Below are positions 63,401 through 64,000 of a stretch of DNA of 64,000 nt, piece by piece (positions within the stretch are counted from its first letter, which is position 1; each line of letters starts with the position of its first letter). The stretch is from the NCBI GenBank assembly GCA_028711115.1, contig JAQTSV010000001.1:1496928-1560927 (forward strand). The letters are read 5' to 3'. Made by a program: the position numbers and the translations under genes. The stretch is from Candidatus Omnitrophota bacterium. GTDB lineage: Bacteria; Omnitrophota; Gorgyraeia; Velamenicoccales; JABMQK01. Below the pieces are notes generated by a model. The model did no database searches and was not told where the DNA came from. It worked only from the letters and a program-made list of their open reading frames with translations.

Positions 63401-64000
63401 CGCCTGTCGAGAATTCCGTTACTCTTAAGAATTCCTTGGCTAATTTTGCTGGCTCACCGGAAATTTCCGGCATCTCAAACTGCTGCACGCGCCATACAGT
63501 AACTTCGCCGAATTGAGCATCATTCATAATGCCGCTTATCTTTGTGGCTTTCTCAGCCACATACTTTTTGTCGCCCACAACAAAGAATGTCCAGGATTCT
63601 CGGGATAAATTAAATGCCCTGTCAGAGAAATCTCCTCTGGAGCTCATAGTCCTCTGAGAAACTCTATCGAATACATCTACACTTGCTCCCTCTGTTGGAT
63701 TTACGCCGCTGTCGCCAAATGTATTTACTACCAGCCTGTGCATAAAAGGATGATTGGAATCGTCTAAGGCTTGTGGCTCAGGCAATTCAATTGCCTTGAG
63801 CTCATCAGGAATGTCTGTGTCGCGCTTATCAGGATGCCACTCTAAATACTGCCAGACTAAAGTCTGTTTGGGTATGGCGAACTTCGTATAAGTGCCGTCT
63901 GCATTTTCGCGCACCTGCATTCTGAAGTAACCATAGTTTTCTTCTCTGTCTGCGTCATGCTCGTAGTAGCTTCCGGCTTTATACCATTCGTCAATTGCCT
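1..64000 (-). CDS. Internal fragment of a single giant ORF (about 21,333 codons in the window, truncated at both edges); modular polyprotein-like chain
   Basis: The minus-strand frame with codons on plus triplets starting at 3k showed no TAA/TAG/TGA wherever I hand-translated it (both window edges and more than 40 internal stretches). The supplied ORF track has no entry in this frame. All 62 S-S-P-[VIL] junction motifs and more than 30 recognisable enzyme motifs share this one frame. Confidence 0.85.
474..1280 (-). other. Module of unknown function (269 codons)
   Basis: Bounded by junction motifs SSSSPL (1281-1298) and SASSPM (456-473). No family motif recognised. Confidence 0.5.
1306..1460. 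repeat. Structured in-frame nucleotide element, copy 1 (candidate RNA motif or in-frame palindromic insertion)
   Basis: A 155-nt core (CCAGGCCC...AAATCTATT) is shared with 45127-45281 and, as 128 nt, with 50908-51035. Helices are supported by compensatory changes between copies. The hairpin with the invariant AGGGG loop has stem GAGTTCG/CGAACTC at 1329-1347, GCTCG/CGAGC in copy 2 and GCTTATCTTTG/CAAAGATAAGC in copy 3. A second hairpin is AAAGCC/GGCTTT (1356-1378) here and AGGC/GCCT in copy 2. A long hairpin is capped by the invariant CCTGCCACGGTAGG (1422-1435). The element is bracketed by junction motifs at 1281-1298 and 1479-1493. Confidence 0.7.
1494..2111 (-). other. Module: GHKL ATPase-like (paralogue of 1-455)
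   Basis: ILPNSIDATYAYFNEEIKQGRMKS...ISIKDQGIGISCDILEGW...LGRAGIGV gives N-box-like, DxGxG and G-rich motifs. Bounded by SSSPL (2112-2126) and SSSPI (1479-1493). Confidence 0.5.
2127..2255 (-). repeat. Mini-spacer family W-P-I-[ST]-G-G...S-R-Q, copy A
   Basis: Peptide LDQLTASRLNSGLSDWPISGGVSTGMSRQDSELSAIRYPLHAI. The nucleotide blocks CTGACGGC and GCCGCCTGnAATC are shared with 45336-45461 and 55833-55970. It lies between junction motifs at 2112 and 2256. Confidence 0.55.
2271..2933 (-). other. Module: class I SAM-dependent methyltransferase-like
   Basis: Glycine-rich motif I, LIIIEAGTGQGKVAYEIG, followed by VIGIDLY (acidic motif II). Bounded by ASSPV (2934) and ASSPI (2256). Confidence 0.5.
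2949..4550 (-). other. Module: large Rossmann methyltransferase-like protein (possibly MidA/NDUFAF7-type)
   Basis: VVEWGIGKGDFAHDFLDKIKE...YFLCDFSQKML resembles the SAM-binding motif of DUF185/MidA-type methyltransferases. The family assignment is tentative. Confidence 0.3.
4566..5264 (-). other. Module: GNAT N-acetyltransferase
   Basis: EIYRGRGLGKVIVARVIE matches the acetyl-CoA-binding motif (R/Q-x-x-G-x-G/A). Verified from nt 4921-4965. Confidence 0.6.
5280..5924 (-). other. Module of unknown function, family X copy 1
   Basis: ITKLEELYGREFEFFYS...QGRYYIATLQ...INEPILIIKI...RFYMRLPAAPR is a paralogue of 7743-8369, with the same start and end peptides. Confidence 0.5.
5940..7727 (-). other. 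Module: FabD-like acyltransferase domain (about 6760-7727) fused to a uridine-kinase/PRK-like P-loop kinase domain (about 5990-6620)
   Basis: YTGESFGITTSAVAAGAIS resembles the GHSxG nucleophile elbow of malonyl-CoA:ACP transacylases (nt 7321-7380). PFVVTICGISGSGKTAV is a Walker A motif (nt 6541-6590). There is no junction motif between the two domains. Confidence 0.5.
7743..8369 (-). other. Module of unknown function, family X copy 2
   Basis: ITKLEDLYGREFEFFYSMEP...QGRYYIATLQRGS...INEPILIIKI...RFYMRLPAAPRN is a paralogue of 5280-5924. Confidence 0.5.
8385..9290 (-). other. Module of unknown function (302 codons)
   Basis: Bounded by SSSPV (9291) and SSSPI (8370). No motif recognised. Confidence 0.45.
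9306..10433 (-). other. Module: unknown N-terminal domain plus a C-terminal ComEA-like helix-hairpin-helix
   Basis: IIERRSNGAFKSWEDLQKRVDGIGSATIEKMKQ (about nt 9340-9480) matches the ComEA/HhH pattern. The N-terminal part is unassigned. Confidence 0.35.
10449..11282 (-). other. Module: GHKL serine-kinase/anti-sigma-factor-like ATPase
   Basis: ITHEMITNAIIHGN (N-box) and VSVYDEGVDGKPI (DxG-type) resemble the RsbW/SpoIIAB class. Confidence 0.4.
11298..12077 (-). other. Module: N-terminal XRE-type helix-turn-helix plus an unknown domain
   Basis: LRQVTALAGFSIKEFCSRLGMSEDCLYRKLSGETAFAPEEL fits the Cro/C1 HTH pattern. The module ends with a doubled junction, MSSPL-R-SSSPV. Confidence 0.45.
12171..13166 (-). 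other. Module: GT-B glycosyltransferase, family 9 (heptosyltransferase)-like
   Basis: CIVTMDTSIAHIGYLLNIPSVVITT (nt 12301-12360) resembles the GT9 C-terminal DSGxxHLAAAxGxPxVxLFG block. Confidence 0.45.
13182..13895 (-). other. Module: SAM-dependent methyltransferase of the (D/N/A)PP(Y/W/F) class (HemK/N6-adenine type)
   Basis: VLDMGTGTGILGIRS is motif I. KIIFAPPWFNKP is motif IV, verified at nt 13501-13560. Confidence 0.65.
13911..15500 (-). other. Module: 2,3-bisphosphoglycerate-independent phosphoglycerate mutase (iPGM), apparently full length
   Basis: LAIFDGMGIG, GAMGNSNDGHKTIGTG (verified nt 15281-15315) and GIADHGNAE (verified nt 14121-14145), with overall collinearity to GpmI. Bounded by ASSPV (15501) and TSSPL (13896). 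Confidence 0.8.
15516..17726 (-). other. Module of unknown function (737 codons)
   Basis: Bounded by SSSPI (17727) and ASSPV (15501). It has a coiled-coil-like middle. The HELLEH string is not a true HExxH motif. Confidence 0.4.
17742..19544 (-). other. Module: HAD-superfamily (type IIB-like) phosphatase domain (about 18500-19544) plus an unknown C-terminal domain (17742-18480)
   Basis: LTDIDDTVLESG is the DxDxT motif I, verified at nt 19491-19530. LFCGNELFEGGNDNML is motif IV. A possible degenerate junction, RNSPNI, lies at 18483-18497. Confidence 0.55.
19560..20675 (-). other. Module of unknown function (372 codons)
   Basis: Bounded by SSSPI (20676) and SSSPI (19545). No motif recognised. 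Confidence 0.4.
20691..23261 (-). other. Module: 2-phosphoglycerate-kinase-like P-loop domain (about 21800-23261) fused to a HAD phosphatase domain (20691-21760)
   Basis: RPTIILVAGASGAGKSKIASHIAKRLSIPTCFSTDVGAREGFRK (nt 22381-22440) resembles archaeal 2PGK (GGxSGxGKST...STDxxRE). WLTDIDDTAVESG and GGNDNML are HAD motifs. There is no junction motif between the domains. Confidence 0.5.
23277..27473 (-). other. Module (1,399 codons): PEP-utilising swivel-like domain, PPDK/PEP-synthase N-terminal ATP-grasp domain and a second 2PGK-like P-loop domain
   Basis: LTRGGAPLDHAQLTLKSAGRPSVIV is swivel-like (about nt 26830-26910). GGVFVVVRSSSLYEDRPEAAMAGRF is the PPDK_N signature, verified at nt 25381-25440. 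RPTVVLIAGASGTGKSTIS...STDAGAREAVRK lies at about nt 23900-24000. An acidic/lysine-rich linker sits at about 24440-24540. Confidence 0.55.
27489..30233 (-). other. Module: unknown N-terminal region plus tandem nitroreductase-fold halves (about 27489-28700)
   Basis: LSRRSVRKFDPDKGV (verified nt 28561-28620) and EAARWAPTAKNLQ are classic nitroreductase-family motifs. Confidence 0.55.
30249..30569 (-). other. Module: RNHCP-type zinc-ribbon domain (107 codons)
   Basis: FICEHCG...[28 protein letters not shown]...YRCQECG, verified at nt 30440-30500. Confidence 0.55.
30585..31535 (-). other. Module: carbamate kinase, apparently full length
   Basis: GGIVTHGNGPEAG (verified nt 31340-31375), VICVGGGGIPV (verified nt 30950-30985) and AAVIDKDLATA. 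Confidence 0.8.
31551..32231 (-). other. Module: transglutaminase-like / papain-like Cys-His-Asp fold (candidate peptidase)
   Basis: Codon-by-codon translation gives YPFVCMHSSFALARIISEKFGLP...(about 60 aa)...KHCWIVLILDSQEVLFIDATLQQF. This is the C...HxW...D arrangement typical of transglutaminase-core cysteine peptidases. Confidence 0.35.
32250..33335 (-). other. Module of unknown function (362 codons), possibly Rossmann-like
   Basis: ILYYPGSGDDAQALVRLL...VVVNDVD is weakly methyltransferase-like. A 17-codon spacer between junctions 33336 and 33402 precedes it. Confidence 0.25.
33417..33995 (-). other. Module: GHKL ATPase-like
   Basis: LAAMDRGDGF (DxGxG) and WQGYGMGILRAMEG (G2 box-like). Confidence 0.35.
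34011..34946 (-). other. Module of unknown function (312 codons)
   Basis: Bounded by SSSPL (34947) and SSSPI (33996). It contains RFDHHQDMNW. No confident assignment. Confidence 0.35.
34962..35612 (-). other. Module: class I SAM-dependent methyltransferase
   Basis: VADLGGGNGKWAFLAARYF is motif I, followed by VVSMEW. Confidence 0.5.
35628..37364 (-). other. Module: glycoside hydrolase family 13 (alpha-amylase superfamily) enzyme
   Basis: All four GH13 conserved regions are present in order: VIFDFVTNHIA (nt 37021-37056), NGGLRADLAH (nt 36651-36686), LITETYE and VHFTENHDE (nt 36291-36322). Three of these were verified at nucleotide level. Confidence 0.75.
37380..39107 (-). other. Module of unknown function (576 codons), possibly GT-B-like
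   Basis: [33 protein letters not shown] weakly resembles N-termini of GT-B enzymes. Not secure. Confidence 0.2.
39192..39797 (-). other. Module of unknown function (202 codons)
   Basis: Bounded by SSSSSPM (39798-39818) and SSSSPV (39174-39191). Confidence 0.4.
39819..41435 (-). other. Module: histidine kinase core (HisKA + HATPase) fused to a cytidylate-kinase-like domain with an altered P-loop
   Basis: The H-box is LRDLLHDIKQPLQAV (verified nt 41380-41430) and the N-box is ILNAMKHC. The kinase-like part is LFVACGLMASGRRIAAKALAAEYGLRYLNFGF (nt 40481-40525), where Walker A reads GxxxxGRR instead of GK[ST]. Confidence 0.5.
41451..41909 (-). other. Module of unknown function (153 codons)
   Basis: Bounded by SSSPI (41910) and ASSPI (41436). 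Confidence 0.4.
41925..43460 (-). other. Module: alpha-helical repeat protein of unknown function (512 codons)
   Basis: Helix-rich, Leu/Glu/Arg-rich composition with no catalytic motif. The plus-strand ORF 41971-42537 is its antisense shadow. Confidence 0.35.
43479..44312 (-). other. Module of unknown function, family Y copy 1
   Basis: RRIYLGPEGKIE...CQDCEDRH...LVYAIGKGFRGD...INDVFIDDGNIKGM...IWMYLAGFHAAQ is a paralogue of 50028-50876. Confidence 0.5.
44328..45101 (-). other. Module: N-terminal transmembrane helix plus GHKL ATPase-like domain
   Basis: The hydrophobic stretch is LPATYFLTAALSLNILLVITALIIKI (about nt 44960-45060). ELVANAFWG (N-box-like) and TGLGLIFVYRIFVKELGGSVKIGN (G2 box) follow. 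Confidence 0.45.
45127..45281. repeat. Structured in-frame nucleotide element, copy 2
   Basis: Same 155-nt architecture as 1306-1460: AGGGG-loop hairpin GCTCG/CGAGC at 45152-45166 and the invariant 14-mer CCTGCCACGGTAGG at 45243-45256. Bracketed by junction motifs at 45102 and 45321. Confidence 0.7.
45336..45461 (-). repeat. Mini-spacer family, copy B
   Basis: SHNPIIDYLAETGLSPRSEGVIPGGRLVSSAIEASRQEINSN shares CTGACGGC and GCCGCCTGGAATC with the other copies. It lies immediately upstream (in ORF sense) of element copy 2. Confidence 0.5.
45477..47609 (-). other. Module: GT35 alpha-glucan (glycogen/maltodextrin) phosphorylase-like, with the PLP lysine replaced
   Basis: ALASGGLGFLAGETF is the GGLG motif, verified at nt 47461-47500. 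TREAAGTSDQRPAFGGGLNIAT aligns with EASGTSNMK-LALNGA, but the Lys position is Arg (AGA at 46209-46211, verified). Confidence 0.6.
47625..48437 (-). other. Module: sigma-70 region 4-like HTH followed by helix-hairpin-helix (RpoA-CTD-like) repeats
   Basis: LSQREIEVLELRNGTRDGIIHTLEEIGQQKGYEMTREAVSQTEEKALQKI, verified at nt 48181-48240. Downstream are LPLTPGAKKALRS and similar HhH-like segments. Confidence 0.5.
48453..49961 (-). other. Module: radical SAM enzyme
   Basis: TKGCPRGCLFCFVD contains the CxxxCxxC cluster motif, verified at nt 49615-49660. Confidence 0.6.
50028..50876 (-). other. Module of unknown function, family Y copy 2
   Basis: Collinear with 43479-44312 (PRRIYLGPTGKVD...CPDCENRH...LVYAIGKGVYRD...IWMYLVGFHAAQ). 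Confidence 0.5.
50908..51035. repeat. Structured in-frame nucleotide element, copy 3 (shorter; lacks one hairpin)
   Basis: The AGGGG-loop hairpin has an 11-bp stem, GCTTATCTTTG/CAAAGATAAGC, at 50924-50950. The invariant 14-mer lies at 50998-51011 in a different codon phase from copies 1 and 2. Bracketed by junction motifs at 50877 and 51045. Confidence 0.7.
51060..51518 (-). other. Module: coiled-coil segment (153 codons)
   Basis: Heptad-like, charged sequence LRQARAGLEGARANIRESNKKYQRELPKIRQRLNQLK...EQLEQEIEVCKQRI. Confidence 0.4.
51534..52169 (-). other. Module: HD-domain phosphohydrolase
   Basis: FIVLHDIGKIRTKP contains the HD dyad, verified at nt 51901-51960, with an upstream His (NYHAEGR). 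Confidence 0.55.
52185..53537 (-). other. Module: UDP-sugar pyrophosphorylase (UDPGP-family nucleotidyltransferase)-like, copy 1
   Basis: WAVLIPAGGDATRLGLGVPK (verified nt 53250-53300) matches the L-x2-GG-x-G-T-R-L-G signature class. This is a tandem paralogue of 54258-55625. Confidence 0.55.
53553..54242 (-). other. Module of unknown function (230 codons)
   Basis: Bounded by SSSPV (54243) and SSSPL (53538). It sits between the two UDPGP-like copies. Confidence 0.4.
54258..55625 (-). other. Module: UDP-sugar pyrophosphorylase-like, copy 2
   Basis: 54904-55640 is almost identical to 52816-53552 (offset 2,088 nt). The C-terminal half is more diverged and contains a 2-codon indel. Confidence 0.55.
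55641..55811. repeat. Possible degenerate fourth copy of the structured element
   Basis: CTTCCGCCACGGTGGAATTC and AAAAATCTATTTGTTAAATTATT resemble CCTGCCACGGTAGGTGGAATC and ACAAATCTATTATTTAAGGTAATT of copy 2, and the peptide has (L)TNRF versus LNNRF. The 5' half is not recognisably conserved. Confidence 0.3.
55833..55970 (-). repeat. Mini-spacer family, copy C
   Basis: DKGLVSERNSARGWPITGGASSPIEAGRQNHRERRIITADYANEFI contains an internal ASSPI junction at 55899. It lies just upstream (ORF sense) of the degenerate element copy, the same order as at 45.1-45.5 kb. Confidence 0.5.
55986..56726 (-). other. Module: DUF218 / YdcF-SanA-like domain
   Basis: ADILLILGSSRLEVIEEAARIHKQGLTRRILIAGGIGRET...EAEIYRDILYLYGIPEEDFVAIDTTSTNSEENI fits the DUF218 pattern. 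Confidence 0.45.
56835..61220 (-). other. Module (1,462 codons): polytopic membrane protein with a large soluble loop resembling glucan-synthase (GT48/FKS-like) catalytic regions
   Basis: There are roughly 20 hydrophobic helices at about 57300-58700 and 60150-60800. The loop LPHPSEDTADIWAQTHNAIGLGQRPEFALSEAIWSKLREWLSPGEEGSATVRWSEGLTNMLSD (nt 58780-58960; SEDTADIW verified) resembles the FKS block SEDIFAG...GKGRD...GEQxLSRD. The family call is tentative. Confidence 0.35.
61236..64000 (-). other. Module (more than 920 codons; N-terminus beyond the window): beta-rich, aromatic/Gly/Asn-rich probable extracytoplasmic domain ending in a single TM helix
   Basis: The TM helix is ITTGAFFIILLVISVLIPILILL (about nt 61390-61460). 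The remainder lacks recognisable catalytic motifs. The downstream junction is SSSPL at 61221-61235. Confidence 0.35.

Noticed and set aside
1-64000. The absence of long ORFs in the supplied track suggested an alternative genetic code (stop-codon reassignment).
   Set aside because: Under the standard code, one minus-strand frame is open wherever I checked it and encodes recognisable enzymes. The track lacks it simply because it has no stop, and possibly no defined start, inside the window.

Overview
Hand translation indicates that the whole 64,000-nt window is an internal slice of one continuous reading frame on the minus strand. Codons sit on plus-strand triplets starting at coordinates divisible by 3, giving about 21,333 codons with no start and no stop inside the window. 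This explains why the supplied ORF track holds only short ORFs: none of its 18 minus-strand entries is in this frame, and the longer plus-strand entries are antisense shadows. The ORF is a chain of about 55 modules, and many of them look like complete, normally free-standing proteins. Recognisable modules include metabolic enzymes (cofactor-independent phosphoglycerate mutase, carbamate kinase, GH13 alpha-amylase-family enzyme, GT35 alpha-glucan-phosphorylase-like, two UDP-sugar-pyrophosphorylase-like copies, 2-phosphoglycerate-kinase-like P-loop domains, a PEP-synthase/PPDK-type ATP-grasp plus swivel domain, HAD phosphatases). Others are radical SAM, nitroreductase, GNAT, several SAM methyltransferases, a GT9-like glycosyltransferase, and a FabD-like acyltransferase with a uridine-kinase-like P-loop. 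Regulatory and miscellaneous modules include a histidine kinase, several GHKL ATPases, sigma-70 region 4, an XRE HTH, HD, DUF218-like and an RNHCP zinc ribbon. There is also a ~1,460-codon polytopic membrane module with an FKS/GT48-like loop. Adjacent modules are joined by a very regular in-frame junction peptide [S/A/T]-S-S-P-[V/I/L], 62 copies by hand count. Three (possibly four) short inter-module segments carry a hairpin-rich nucleotide element supported by covariation. Its most conserved 14-mer is read in two different codon phases, so it appears conserved as nucleic acid rather than as peptide. Module-scale duplications, one nearly identical at a 2,088-nt offset, suggest the chain grows by cassette duplication. 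My best guess is a giant gene from an uncultivated bacterium (giant ORFs are known from Candidatus Omnitrophota and a few other phyla), but taxonomy cannot be settled from the sequence alone. I saw no rRNA, tRNA, CRISPR array, transposase or clear intergenic region. All translations and counts were done by hand and need computational confirmation.
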